Positions 10,395 through 20,782 of a DNA stretch of 64,000 nucleotides are shown piece after piece. Made by a program: the position numbers and the translations under genes. The notes below the pieces were generated by a model that was not told where the DNA came from, did no database searches, and worked only from the letters and a program-made list of their open reading frames with translations. How positions within the stretch are numbered: the first letter of the stretch is position 1; each line of letters begins with the position of its first letter. Source of the stretch: Pirellulales bacterium (GTDB lineage Bacteria; Planctomycetota; Planctomycetia; Pirellulales; UBA1268); contig CBDFMH010000001.1 in NCBI GenBank assembly GCA_965249545.1, forward strand, positions 45 through 64,044, read 5' to 3'.

Positions 10395-11006
10395 TCAGCG
10401 AGACATAAATTCAACAACCTTGTTGATATTGACAGGTAGGCTGACATCTGACTTATCGGGTCGTCTGTCAACGGTGAATCTCAGGCGCTCGTTGTCCGAA
10501 CTAATCCAGTCACATGGTTCACCAGTCTGGGTCGCAATTGCCTGTTGGTATAAATCGACAAGCTTCCCTTTTCTTCGGACATCAACGATGTCTCCTGGCT
10601 TAACTTGGAAGGAAGGTTTGTCAACAGGAACGCCATTCACAGTAAAATGACCGTGCACAATACCCTGTCTGGCCTGCGGCCTTGTCTTTGTAAAACCACT
10701 TCTTCTGACAACATTGTCGAGTCGTAGCTCACACTCAATGAGAAAGATGTCACCGGTGTTACCAGTTTTCCGTGCGGCTTTTGCAAAAAATCGTCGGAGT
10801 TGTTTCTCTCCAAAACCGTAGTAGTACTTGATCTTTTGCTTCTCAATCAGCCCTTCACCATATGTGGAAGGTTTATTGCGTCTCTTTTGGCGAACACCGG
10901 GTGGATCTGAGCGACGCTCGGATGCTCGTATTGCTCCAGCACTTTCAAAGATCATAGATCCAAGACGACGATTAATGCGAGCTTTAGCCCCGGTGTAATG
11001 ACCCAT
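10395..11006 (-). CDS. rpsD: 30S ribosomal protein S4 (zinc-free type), stand-alone
   Basis: MGHYTGAKARINRRLG, EKQKIKYYYG, ELRLDNVVRR, QARQGIVHGH, VDKPSFQVKPGD. Confidence 0.96.
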   Translation of the reverse strand: MGHYTGAKARINRRLGSMIFESAGAIRASERRSDPPGVRQKRRNKPSTYGEGLIEKQKIKYYYGFGEKQLRRFFAKAARKTGNTGDIFLIECELRLDNVVRRSGFTKTRPQARQGIVHGHFTVNGVPVDKPSFQVKPGDIVDVRRKGKLVDLYQQAIATQTGEPCDWISSDNERLRFTVDRRPDKSDVSLPVNINKVVEFMSR

Positions 11007-11451
11007 CTGTTTTACTTACCCTTGAATACCTTGTATTGAATGTACCTTTCGCTGCACCCAAGGCCGTTGGGTGTAGCGATATTGAAATCTGTAGAGTCGC
11101 TCGCAAGACATTTGGGGCAACCACTTCTCGATTTCAGGTCTTTGAGTGTACAGCGGTTTCTGAAATATGCGAGTAGTGGGCCTGAAAATGGGCCAAAAGA
11201 GGCTGTCATTCCAAAGAAAGGGAGTCTCGGAGCTTTGGACAGTATTCTCGGCAGGGCTGGGATAAGAAGAGACCTTCTCATTTGGTTTGCCAGCTTTTTC
11301 TGGCTACAGTGTTCAGCGGCTTTCCCAGGAAAATACAATGCACCTGCTGTTTCGACACGGGCGTCGAGAAGAACTCTTCTACTGTGGGGAAAATGATGGG
11401 TGAGCAATGCGCCTCAAGTAGGCCATTGATCGATTGCAGGTGCACAATTTT

Positions 11452-11739
11452 ATGAAACACGCTCAATTGAAAAGGTTGCGATTGAGAGTGTATTCAACAC
11501 TTATGGGGACCCTTATCGCAATTGGAGTTGCGGTGAGGGCATTCGGTGGTGTGGATAATGCGCATCCGGTCATGCTCGGGCTGTTAACAGGTTTAGCAGC
11601 AATTTTTGTACTTCTTGTGGTGATTGATTCTGCCTACCACGCAATTACAAAAATAGATGCTCGGTGCATTCATTGTGGGGAGTCTCGAAAGATGCGATCG
11701 TTTTGGGTTGTCGGAGAGTGCCCGCATTGTGGGCAGTAA
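11452..11739 (+). CDS. Small membrane protein with C-terminal Zn-ribbon
   Basis: Two hydrophobic helices followed by CIHCG...CPHCG. Start placed at ATG 11452. Confidence 0.6.
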   Translation: MKHAQLKRLRLRVYSTLMGTLIAIGVAVRAFGGVDNAHPVMLGLLTGLAAIFVLLVVIDSAYHAITKIDARCIHCGESRKMRSFWVVGECPHCGQ

Positions 11740-11935
11740 GACATATTAAATTGGTAGGGGACCAGGCAAGCATGTAGTCATTCTTGATCGCATTCATAAC
11801 ATGTAAAGAACAGAATGTCGGAGTAAACTGGCTGAACATGTTACGGCCTTGAGTGCCAGAGTGTTGAATAAGCCGATGAGAACTCTGGTGATGGGCTGCA
11901 CAAAGGTCTCAAAGTAGTGAAAGGATTCAACGGAA

Positions 11936-12583
11936 ATGCCCTCAAGAGAAACACATGCTCGCAAAAGCTACGAACGAGCTGCCCTTGATGAGCACGGAAT
12001 TGATCGTGATCCATTCCAGCAATTCACAATATGGTACGACGACGCAGTAGCGGCTGGCTTACCAGAGCCCGAGGCAATGACACTTTCAACGGCGACTTCA
12101 GAGGGCCGGCCGTCTGCCCGGATTGTTTTGCTTCGTGGGTATGACGAACGAGGGTTTTGTTTCTTTAGCAATTACTCCAGTCAAAAAGGAAAGGAGTTGG
12201 CTGCCAATCCGTATGCCGCCGTGACGTTTCACTGGGTTGAGTTGGAGCGGCAGGTCAGAATTGCGGGTCGGGTAGAGAAAGTAACTGCAGCGGAGAGTGA
12301 TGTTTATTTCCAAAGTCGTCCCAGTCAGTCGCGGATTGGTGCCTGGAGTTCGCCGCAGAGTAATGTCATTCCAAGTCGGGACGCGCTTGAGCAGTTCTTT
12401 GATGACTATCAGGAACGGTATTCCGACGTGACGGCGATCCCTCGGCCAGAGCACTGGGGGGGCTACCGGGTGATTCCGGAACGGATCGAGTTCTGGCAGG
12501 GTCGTCCGAACAGGTTACATGATCGGTTGTGTTTTACCCGTATTGATCAGGGTCAGTGGACATTGCAGCGTCTTGCTCCGTGA
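11936..12583 (+). CDS. pdxH: Pyridoxine/pyridoxamine 5'-phosphate oxidase
   Basis: [44 protein letters not shown]. Confidence 0.96.
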   Translation: MPSRETHARKSYERAALDEHGIDRDPFQQFTIWYDDAVAAGLPEPEAMTLSTATSEGRPSARIVLLRGYDERGFCFFSNYSSQKGKELAANPYAAVTFHWVELERQVRIAGRVEKVTAAESDVYFQSRPSQSRIGAWSSPQSNVIPSRDALEQFFDDYQERYSDVTAIPRPEHWGGYRVIPERIEFWQGRPNRLHDRLCFTRIDQGQWTLQRLAP

Positions 12584-12635
12584 AGGAAGCGTGAGCAGGG
12601 TTTGAGTGTTCCCTCGTTTGTCGATCACGCATTCG

Positions 12636-13988
12636 CTATTGGAGGTGTCCCCGCCAGCCGACAGGTTGTGTCCAGGCTTGCTGCTGCTGGCTTTTGAATG
12701 AAGGGTCGGGGTGGTCCTGATCAGCTGTCACCACGGCTCGGATGTAAAGCTCGCTACCAGTCAGGCGGTACTGGGGGGTTTCTCCTGTGGCTGTAGCCAG
12801 CACTTTGCCGATCGCTGGCGAAGAGTATTTGTGTTCCGAGGACAGCTCGCCTTCCTCTTGGTTCTCAGGAATTACTGTCGTGCCATGGTCTTTGGCTGTA
12901 CCAATAAATTGAGTGGTGTACTGCACGCCGGGTTTTGCATTGATTCGAAGAGCAAGCACGTTTTCGACGGCATCATATGACACCTCCTTCAGTTCGACAC
13001 CACTTGAGGCGTAGAAGTCACCTGCTTTGATTCCACGGATTATGTGTTCAGGCGAGAGGTACCTTGATTGGACCTGAATCCAGCCTCTGCCAGTATGACT
13101 TCCAGGTTTCCCGTGGTAGTGATGGCTGTCATCAGTGGCGATGCCGAATAGTGGTGGAGCACCGAGTTCACTCAGACGTATTGTATTTGCAATATCCCAA
13201 AGGTGTTCCACTGCAGGGTGGGTGTCATCACCAAGATGATTGATGCTTGGATGGCCGTTGTAGACTTCGAAAAAACGTTCCCGGACAACAAATGCAAGAT
13301 CTTCTGCCGTGATGCCATATCCAAAGTTTGGATGGTTGAGGTGCACAAGCACTTCACGTCCAGTGCGACGGGCCTGATCTTCAACAGCGCGAAGGTTCGC
13401 TTCCATTGCCTCTCGAATTGTCAATCCACCAGAGGGAGGAATGACTTCTTGAAGGTTGGTGGCATTCATGTGAAGAGGTTTTTTTTGAACCCGATCACTG
13501 ATTTCCTCTCCCTGGATCATGATGAACGCACCACGTTCTTCGATCAGCGAACGAAATTCATCGAGCGGTTTGAGCCGTATAGCGTAGTTGTCTGTGTCAG
13601 CCTTGCCGCGCGTTTCCACCCATCCATTCCCGAAGCGTGCCTGATATTTTTTCAGAGTAAGGTTGCCCCCACGCTCAATGATCGTGCTGTGTTTCATCCA
13701 TCGCGTACCTTCGCTGAGCACGTTGTGATCTGATAAAGCAAGAAAGTTGTAGCCGTGTGTCCGATACCACTCAGCAATCATTTCTGGGAAGTCGTTACCG
13801 TCACTCCATAAGCTATGCGTATGGATGTTGCCTTTGTAGTACTGCGGTGCAGGCTTGGCGGGAACGGCTTCGTCACAGAATCCGGTCAGTGCAAAGGAAA
13901 CAGCAACGCAAACAACGCCTGGTATCACAAGGCAGTAGCGACCAAATCGGCCGCCGGTCACAATATGTCGAAAGCGTACGTAGCGCAT
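12636..13988 (-). CDS. Exported PHP-domain metallohydrolase
   Basis: KGNIHTHSLWSDG, LSDHN, GEEIS, NHPN, FEVYNG and TDDSH metal-binding motifs; hydrophobic N-terminus. Start uncertain (13988-14030). Confidence 0.8.
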   Translation of the reverse strand: MRYVRFRHIVTGGRFGRYCLVIPGVVCVAVSFALTGFCDEAVPAKPAPQYYKGNIHTHSLWSDGNDFPEMIAEWYRTHGYNFLALSDHNVLSEGTRWMKHSTIIERGGNLTLKKYQARFGNGWVETRGKADTDNYAIRLKPLDEFRSLIEERGAFIMIQGEEISDRVQKKPLHMNATNLQEVIPPSGGLTIREAMEANLRAVEDQARRTGREVLVHLNHPNFGYGITAEDLAFVVRERFFEVYNGHPSINHLGDDTHPAVEHLWDIANTIRLSELGAPPLFGIATDDSHHYHGKPGSHTGRGWIQVQSRYLSPEHIIRGIKAGDFYASSGVELKEVSYDAVENVLALRINAKPGVQYTTQFIGTAKDHGTTVIPENQEEGELSSEHKYSSPAIGKVLATATGETPQYRLTGSELYIRAVVTADQDHPDPSFKSQQQQAWTQPVGWRGHLQ

Positions 13989-14227
13989 TTGTGCTTTTCC
14001 CCCTGTTTCAATACCAACGACACCTTGCAATCGTACGAATCTATACCGTATGGATGATAAGACAATCCATACTTCTTTTTGTGCAGATCAAATGTATGTA
14101 AAACTATACGTGGCTCTTTTGTGTGGAACAAACGTGAATCGAAACAGAAATAGGAGCCCAAGCAACAAGATCGATCATCGAGAAAAATGTACTCAGCCAA
14201 ACTGTTCTGGATAATTCAACTTAAAAG

Positions 14228-16594
14228 ATGCCGAATGGGTTTCATGAGTTCTCACAATTCATCATGCTTTTTAAATTTCACATTCTGACTTTGCATATGA
14301 CAGCAGTCTTCCTGCTGTTTGGGTTTGGTAATCATTTCGTTTTCGCAGTGGATGACGGTGCATCTGCGTTTCCTAAAGGTGATGCCACAACCCGTCCAAC
14401 GAAACCTAATATTCTGATCATGATGGCAGATGACATGGGGGTCGGTGATACGAGTGCCTATTTGGATGTGCGGTTATCTCCTGCAAGTTCTCCTGTCAAA
14501 AAAACACTACGAACACCGCACCTCAAGCAATTTGCAAAATCAGCGATTGTGTTCACTGATGGCTATGCGCCAGCTTCTATGTGCAGTGCAACGCGTTATT
14601 CTCTACTCACTGGTCGTTTTGCCCACCGGTCGTACCTTAAGTATCAGGGGTGGCTCCCTCATGGACCCAACACGCCAATGATCCAAAAGGCCATGGTTAC
14701 TTTGCCAGAGATGTTGCAGTCGAACGGGTACCGTACTGCTGGTATCGGGAAATACCACGTAGGCATGGCGTTCGATAACGGAGACGGTGAGCCCGCCGAA
14801 GATTTCTTTTTTGGTGATGTCGACTTTACGAAGCCAGTATTGGATGGCCCAACACATCACGGTTTCGATGAATACTACGGCGTTGCCGGAAACACCGAAG
14901 AGCCTCTCGATACAGAGCCACGTATTCTGATTCGGAACGACCGCTTCACCTTTACTGATCGCAGTCAGATGAAGCTGATCGGAATGAAGAATCACAAAGG
15001 ACGCATTCTGTCGGCACCAGACTGGGATCTCAGTAAACTCGGTCCACTGTATCTGCAAGAAGCAGAAAGCTTCCTGACGCGGCAGTCAAGCAATGGCACA
15101 CAGCCTTTTTTTCTTTACTACGTGCCCAATGCCAATCATTTTCAACGAAACCCCCATGGCGATTATGCGGTTCCGGAAAAAATAGCAGGGACAAAGATCA
15201 AAGGCGAAAGTCGTTACTCAGATGGGTCTGCTGCGGATGATCGCGAGGACATGGTGCTGGAGAATGACGTTGTCTTCGGCAAGCTGCTTGAAAAACTAAA
15301 AGCGACAAATGATCCGCGGTGGCCTGGGCATAAACTCATTGAGAACACGCTCATTATCTTCACCAGTGATAACGGTCCTAATGTTGGAGATAATCTGGGG
15401 CCCAATCAGGAAAGCGGGGAACTGCGAGGCAAGAAAGCCAAGTTGTGGGAAGGTGGCATCCGAGTACCGTTAATGGTTTCCTGGCCAGCTGTACTTGAGG
15501 GAGACACGATCAATCGCTCCATTGTGACCTTGACTGATCTCTATGCGACACTTGCTCACATCATTGGGCATTCATTAAGCCCTGAAGAAGGACAGGACAG
15601 CCACAATGTATTCGCGTATTGGCATGGCCACCCTGAAAAAACAGATACACGGCCACGCGTTTTCTTCTGTCATTTGGGGCCACCGTTTCTCAACGATGCG
15701 TTGGCTATTCGCCAAGGTCAGAACAAACTAATCGTCGAAGGAGGATTGGCAATGCCTTGGGCGTCGGGAGGCTCACGTGGTGCGGCAACGCCCATCGCTT
15801 TGTACGACTTGGAGAAGGATCTTTATGAGACTAAAACTTATACGGGTGCTTCATCCACTGTCATCATTGATGGATTGGCATCCACGCTATTAAGAATTCA
15901 TAACAGTGGCCATGCCAGACACATGCGCGGTACGGGTGGTGGTCCAGTAATTCAAGATTCCGGGTGGCATAATCTAAGGAACGATGTCACTGGAGAAGTT
16001 GGATTTACCTTCCAGTTGCGACCTGGAGCAGGTGGGAAGGTGGTAACTCACCTCGGAATGTTTGATGATCACGATCGAGATAAACCAGTTCGTGCGGCTC
16101 GATCCGTGCCAATGGATAACGGCCGTGACCAGCCAACGAAGAGCCCGCTTCACGGCAAAAATCATTCGTTAAAGAGTTCACATGTGATTCGACTTCTGGT
16201 GCGTTCTGAAGGTATGCAGGACGATCTTGCTCGATGTCATCTGGAGCCAGGTGCCTCCGGCGAATTAGTAAACTCTTTTCGATACAAGCGTTTGCCGGAA
16301 CCTGTTCAGCTCGAAGAAGGACTGACCTACGTGCTTCTCATGTCCACGCAGGTTGCCGACGGTGATCATTTTCGTGACCCAGTCAGCTTCGATGGTCTTT
16401 CGCCGTTGGTCGATCCTGATCTTGTTGTTCAGCGGAGCTTGTTGCTTCGTGAAGGTTCCCTATCTGGTCACACCGATCTGCCAGCGTGTGAGGATATGAC
16501 CGATTCCTACTCTCGACATCGTTTGCCAGTCGGCCCCACTCTGCGATTTGCAGAGAATGGACTGATGGATGAGATCGATGAATCGAAGCCATGA
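14228..16594 (+). CDS. Formylglycine-type (S1) sulfatase with extra C-terminal beta-sandwich domain
   Basis: PNILIMMADDMG, CSATRYSLLTGR, GKYHVG, FTSDNG, LRGKKA.LWEGG.RVP; about 230 extra C-terminal residues. Confidence 0.9.
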   Translation: MPNGFHEFSQFIMLFKFHILTLHMTAVFLLFGFGNHFVFAVDDGASAFPKGDATTRPTKPNILIMMADDMGVGDTSAYLDVRLSPASSPVKKTLRTPHLKQFAKSAIVFTDGYAPASMCSATRYSLLTGRFAHRSYLKYQGWLPHGPNTPMIQKAMVTLPEMLQSNGYRTAGIGKYHVGMAFDNGDGEPAEDFFFGDVDFTKPVLDGPTHHGFDEYYGVAGNTEEPLDTEPRILIRNDRFTFTDRSQMKLIGMKNHKGRILSAPDWDLSKLGPLYLQEAESFLTRQSSNGTQPFFLYYVPNANHFQRNPHGDYAVPEKIAGTKIKGESRYSDGSAADDREDMVLENDVVFGKLLEKLKATNDPRWPGHKLIENTLIIFTSDNGPNVGDNLGPNQESGELRGKKAKLWEGGIRVPLMVSWPAVLEGDTINRSIVTLTDLYATLAHIIGHSLSPEEGQDSHNVFAYWHGHPEKTDTRPRVFFCHLGPPFLNDALAIRQGQNKLIVEGGLAMPWASGGSRGAATPIALYDLEKDLYETKTYTGASSTVIIDGLASTLLRIHNSGHARHMRGTGGGPVIQDSGWHNLRNDVTGEVGFTFQLRPGAGGKVVTHLGMFDDHDRDKPVRAARSVPMDNGRDQPTKSPLHGKNHSLKSSHVIRLLVRSEGMQDDLARCHLEPGASGELVNSFRYKRLPEPVQLEEGLTYVLLMSTQVADGDHFRDPVSFDGLSPLVDPDLVVQRSLLLREGSLSGHTDLPACEDMTDSYSRHRLPVGPTLRFAENGLMDEIDESKP

Positions 16595-16768
16595 TTTGTG
16601 AAAAAATGGATGAAAACCAAATGGGTGTACTCCATCTCCTGACATCCACCAAGTCGCGGTTCACAGAGGCCTGCAAGTTATCAAACGTATTAGGATGAAC
16701 TTCTGATTTCGTTGCCCGAAGTGTGGTCTGGTTGGAAGAGAGGTTGTGTGCTGCTTGCGCGAAGCTTC

Positions 16769-18253
16769 TTATCGTAGGTTATTCTGGAGTGCTGTGATTA
16801 TTTTCTGTGAATCAGGACCCCCGGCAATATTTCGATACTCTCTAGGGTCATTTTTGACATCGTAAAGTTCTTCACTTCCATCACCGTAGCGAATATATCG
16901 ATAATCTTTACTGCTCAGAACAAAGTCGTCTGAGTTGATGTAAGTTTTGACAACACGTTCTGTTGTGTGAATCGGGTCTCGTAATAAAGGAGCGAGTGAA
17001 ACACCATCGAGGCCTGTTGTTGGAAAACCAGCCACTTCCGATAAGGTTGGAAACAAATCTAACAGGCTGACAGTTTCTTCGCATAATGCGCCGGCTTGTA
17101 TCGTGGGTCCACAGAAGATGAGTGGAACCTGGGTTGAGTGAATCCAGCCTGTCTGTTTGCCCCACGCCTGCTTCTCTCCAAGGTGCCAGCCATGATCACT
17201 GAACAAAACGATAAATGTGTTATCTGCATGTGATGTGCGCTTCAGACAATCAATTAATCGTCCTACTTGATGGTCGACAAACGAGATGCTTGCCAAATAG
17301 GCCTGCACTGCCTTCGTCCACTGCCCGTTGTGCGTGACATGTGCATGCGTTCCAGCGGTAACGGCACTTAATGCCCGTTTTTTACCAGCGGTTGGAATAT
17401 CCTCCAAGTCATTGATTGTTGTCGTGGGTAATTGGATCGACTCAAGAGGGTGTAACTCAAAGTACTTCACTGGTGCATACAGTGGGATATGCGGTCGGTA
17501 AAAACCAACCGCCATAAAAAATGGCTTCTGAGATCCATGGGTTTCTATTTGTTGAGTAGCCCAATCAACAATTTTGCTGTCGCCAAAAGCATCATCAGGT
17601 AGGTCGAAAGCAGACCAGTCAAACGACTCACCTTTTTTGTCATCAGGGCTTCGCTCGCTGGACATGCGGTTGAAGGGCATGACATACCTTTTTCCAGCAG
17701 GCCCACTCTGTATGACATGTCGAGGGTTTTTAGAGCCTTTGCTTGGAAGTTCTTTTTTTGTGTAGTCAGCGCTCTCACCGTCGAATGGGCTCCACCGTTG
17801 TTCTGTCATGTAGCTCTTCTGGAAAATTACCTCGGTAACGTTTTTTTTATGATGAATTTTTCCTGTTCCGTATGTTGCGTATCCGTGTTCCGCAAAAAAC
17901 TGAGGCAGCATGGTGTAGGCCGTATGGTCGAACTTGCTTCCATTTTCATAAACTTTTGTTTTGACTGGAGAGAGTCCGGTAAGTACCGCGGTCCGAGAAG
18001 GCTGGCAAAGAGGAGTTGTGCAGTGGGCGTCTGTGAAGGCACAGCCAGCTTCAACAAGTCGATCCATATGAGGAGTCTTGGTCTGCGGATGTCCTTTTAG
18101 ATAGCCGACCCAGTTGTTTAGATCGTCAACGCTAATAAATAAGATATTTGGAGACGCATTATTTTGTTTTTCAATCGCTCTATTCTCAGATGGCCGAGCC
18201 ATTGAAGGAACTGTTAATGCAACCCCCAGCAGCATCCATGTTTGCCAGTTCAT
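16769..18253 (-). CDS. Formylglycine-type sulfatase (iduronate-2-sulfatase/choline-sulfatase-like)
   Basis: PNILFISVDDLN, CQPSRTAVLTG, GFYRPHIP, FSDHGWHLGEK; signal peptide. Confidence 0.92.
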   Translation of the reverse strand: MNWQTWMLLGVALTVPSMARPSENRAIEKQNNASPNILFISVDDLNNWVGYLKGHPQTKTPHMDRLVEAGCAFTDAHCTTPLCQPSRTAVLTGLSPVKTKVYENGSKFDHTAYTMLPQFFAEHGYATYGTGKIHHKKNVTEVIFQKSYMTEQRWSPFDGESADYTKKELPSKGSKNPRHVIQSGPAGKRYVMPFNRMSSERSPDDKKGESFDWSAFDLPDDAFGDSKIVDWATQQIETHGSQKPFFMAVGFYRPHIPLYAPVKYFELHPLESIQLPTTTINDLEDIPTAGKKRALSAVTAGTHAHVTHNGQWTKAVQAYLASISFVDHQVGRLIDCLKRTSHADNTFIVLFSDHGWHLGEKQAWGKQTGWIHSTQVPLIFCGPTIQAGALCEETVSLLDLFPTLSEVAGFPTTGLDGVSLAPLLRDPIHTTERVVKTYINSDDFVLSSKDYRYIRYGDGSEELYDVKNDPREYRNIAGGPDSQKIITALQNNLR

Positions 18254-18371
18254 TTTTACTTCCGTTTGTTTCGCGATGTCTCATCAGGCGTCACGGCTGC
18301 CTAGGAACGCTTTTTTAAAACCAGCAAGCGTTGCTGAACACATTCAATGTGCTGGAGTGCGAAAAAAGTAG

Positions 18372-18445
18372 TGGGCGAAGAGGGATTCGAACCCCCGACC
18401 CCCTCGGTGTAAACGAGGTGCTCTAACCAGCTGAGCTATTCGCCC
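18372..18445 (-). tRNA. tRNA-Val (anticodon TAC)
   Basis: Minus strand reads GGGCGAA-TAGCTCAGCTGGTTAGAGC-A-CCTCG TTTACAC CGAGG-GGGTC-GGGGGTTCGAATCCCTC-TTCGCCC-A, a full cloverleaf. CCA is not encoded (followed by CTA). Confidence 0.97.
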
Positions 18446-18515
18446 TGAATCTTTCCTAAGTGTAACGCACAGTTTCGTGTCCGGCAGTCCCTTCTTTAAA
18501 GATCATGATTTTGGC

Positions 18516-20318
18516 TCACTTCCCCGGCGTTGAGGTGTCAGTTGCAGGCTTGGGCGGAATTACTGTCCGAATGCCTAGTTCTGCAAGTTGTTTGGTGTCA
18601 ACAAGACCAGGTGCTCCCGTCATTAAGTCACTTGCCCGCTGTGTTTTCGGGAAAGCAATTACATCACGAATTGAATTGAGATGCCCAAAGAGCATGACCC
18701 AGCGATCAATGCCAAGGGCAATTCCGCCATGCGGAGGAGCGCCACTTGCCAGTGCGTCAAGGAGGAAACCAAAGCGTTCCTGGGCAATCTCAGGAGAAAT
18801 GCCGAGGAGTTCGAAAACTTTTTTTTGCGTTGCTTGGTCATGGATTCGAATCGTGCCACCTCCCGCTTCTGAACCATTAATCACGAGGTCATAAGCAATT
18901 GCACGGCACTCTGATGGGTTCGACGTAAGTTTTTCTAGGTCTTCAGGATGAGGTGCTGTGAAAGGGTGATGCATTGCAGCCCAGTTCCCAGTTTCTTCAT
19001 CACGGGCGAACATCGGAAAATCAATAACCCATGACACGTGCATTGTATTTTCATCGTACAGTTCAAGTTCTTTACCAAGATGTTTTCGAAGTGCGTGTAG
19101 AGTCTTGCAAGTAGTTTCAAAACTATCCGCTGATATAAGCGCCAGGTCACCAGGTTTTGCTGACAGTGATTTACGAATGTTTTCCGCTACATCAGATCCT
19201 AAGTTTTTGGCAACCGGCCCGGTCCAAGATTCAGAAGAATCAAGTTTGAGCCAGACGAGGCCCTTCGCGCCTGCTTCGACTGCCATCGCGGTGAGCCCAT
19301 CGAGATCTTTTCTCGAGAATTTTTCAGCAGCACCGGAGACAAGAATTCCCCGGACTCTTCCACCTGACTCAACAGCACTTTTGAAAACACGGAAGTCACT
19401 GTCCTTTGTGCCCTCAGTGAGATCAACGATCTCAAGGCCAAACCGCATGTCCGGAGCATCATGCCCATATCGTTCCATGCATTCAGTCCAAGTGAACTGT
19501 GGTAATGGGAGAGCAATGTCTAAATCAAGAATGTCTTTTGCTGTCTTAACCACAAGACTTTCAATAACACTCGTCACGTCATGTGCATTGACGAATGACA
19601 TCTCAACGTCGAGTTGTGTGAACTCGGGCTGCCGGTCTGCTCGTAAATCTTCATCTCGAAAACATTTTGCAACTTGTACATAGCGATCAAGTCCAGCAAT
19701 CATCAAAAGCTGTTTATAGAGCTGAGGTGATTGTGGTAACGCAAAGAAAGCACCATGTTCAAGGCGGCTTGGGACGAGGTAGTCACGCGCTCCTTCCGGG
19801 GTACTTCTGCCAAGCATCGGGGTTTCGACATCAATAAATCCGAGTTCATCAAAGTGATCTCGCATGAGTTTTACGATGCGGCTGCGTAAGAATAAATTAT
19901 TTTGCATGTCGCTTCGACGCAGGTCGAGCCACCGATTTTTGAGTCGAACCTCTTCGCCAGGGAGTTCCATTGCTCCTGGCTGGAAAACCGGTGTTTCTGC
20001 TTCATTAAGAATTTCTAATTCGCTGCAGACAACTTCGATTTCACCAGTGACGAGCTTTGGGTTCGTTGTTCCTTCTGGGCGTCTTCCAACACGGCCACTT
20101 GCTGAAAGAACCCATTCCGACCGTGCTGCCCGAGCGCGCTCCATGACGTTCGTTGGTGCGTCAGGTCCAATCACTACTTGAGTCTTACCCCAACGGTCTC
20201 TTAAGTCGATGAAGATGACACCTTTGTGGTCGCGGACGCGGTCTACCCAACCACACAGTGTTACGGTTTCATCGAGATGGCTTGGACGTAGTTCACCACA
20301 GGTGTGAGTTCGTAGCAC
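18516..20318 (-). CDS. aspS: Aspartyl-tRNA synthetase, probably non-discriminating Asp/Asn type
   Basis: RTHTCGELR, FIDLRD, LPQSPQLYKQ, FRDEDLRADRQPEFTQLD, GAPPHGG. His in RDHKG and Gly in RPEG match non-discriminating enzymes. Confidence 0.97.
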   Translation of the reverse strand: MLRTHTCGELRPSHLDETVTLCGWVDRVRDHKGVIFIDLRDRWGKTQVVIGPDAPTNVMERARAARSEWVLSASGRVGRRPEGTTNPKLVTGEIEVVCSELEILNEAETPVFQPGAMELPGEEVRLKNRWLDLRRSDMQNNLFLRSRIVKLMRDHFDELGFIDVETPMLGRSTPEGARDYLVPSRLEHGAFFALPQSPQLYKQLLMIAGLDRYVQVAKCFRDEDLRADRQPEFTQLDVEMSFVNAHDVTSVIESLVVKTAKDILDLDIALPLPQFTWTECMERYGHDAPDMRFGLEIVDLTEGTKDSDFRVFKSAVESGGRVRGILVSGAAEKFSRKDLDGLTAMAVEAGAKGLVWLKLDSSESWTGPVAKNLGSDVAENIRKSLSAKPGDLALISADSFETTCKTLHALRKHLGKELELYDENTMHVSWVIDFPMFARDEETGNWAAMHHPFTAPHPEDLEKLTSNPSECRAIAYDLVINGSEAGGGTIRIHDQATQKKVFELLGISPEIAQERFGFLLDALASGAPPHGGIALGIDRWVMLFGHLNSIRDVIAFPKTQRASDLMTGAPGLVDTKQLAELGIRTVIPPKPATDTSTPGK

Positions 20319-20471
20319 GGTGCATAAGGCCTTTCAGGAGGGGGCAATATGAATGAACACAAGAGGGAAGGGCTTGTGGATTCGGTAGTGAACGAATTGT
20401 CCGTGTTCGAGACCGTTTCTCAAGGTCATGCCCTCAAATCACATGCGTGGGCCTTGATTGCATCAAAAACG

Positions 20472-20687
20472 CTATTCGTCCGATGGCTTTTGGAAGAAGC
20501 CGGTGTGAATGAGAAGGCCGACAGACAGCACGATTGAAAGTCCAAGAAAGAGTGCTGCTACAAGCATGAGGACTTTGTTGTTCGTGAAAAGGGCGACAAA
20601 GCCGAGGATGACAAAAAGCAGCGAAATGCCAACAGCTGAGAGGCAGAGTCCTTGCTCTAGTTTGTCATTGAATTTAAATAGCGACAT
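20472..20687 (-). CDS. Small two-helix membrane protein, hypothetical
   Basis: 71 aa, two clear hydrophobic segments, co-directional between dcd and aspS. Confidence 0.5.
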   Translation of the reverse strand: MSLFKFNDKLEQGLCLSAVGISLLFVILGFVALFTNNKVLMLVAALFLGLSIVLSVGLLIHTGFFQKPSDE

Positions 20688-20782
20688 TTTCAGCAGCCAA
20701 GAATAAGGGTGTTTGTGAGTGGTGTATCAACCTCGAAAGAACAATGACGGAATCAGCAATACTGCGTTCAAGCATTCGTCGA

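Noticed and set aside
11012-11407. Overlapping 131-aa (-) and 118-aa (+) ORFs upstream of rpsD
   Set aside because: No recognisable motifs and atypical composition; more likely a promoter/leader region.
18369-18372. tRNA-Val lacks an encoded CCA
   Set aside because: Common in bacteria that have a CCA-adding enzyme; the cloverleaf is intact, so it is not a pseudogene.
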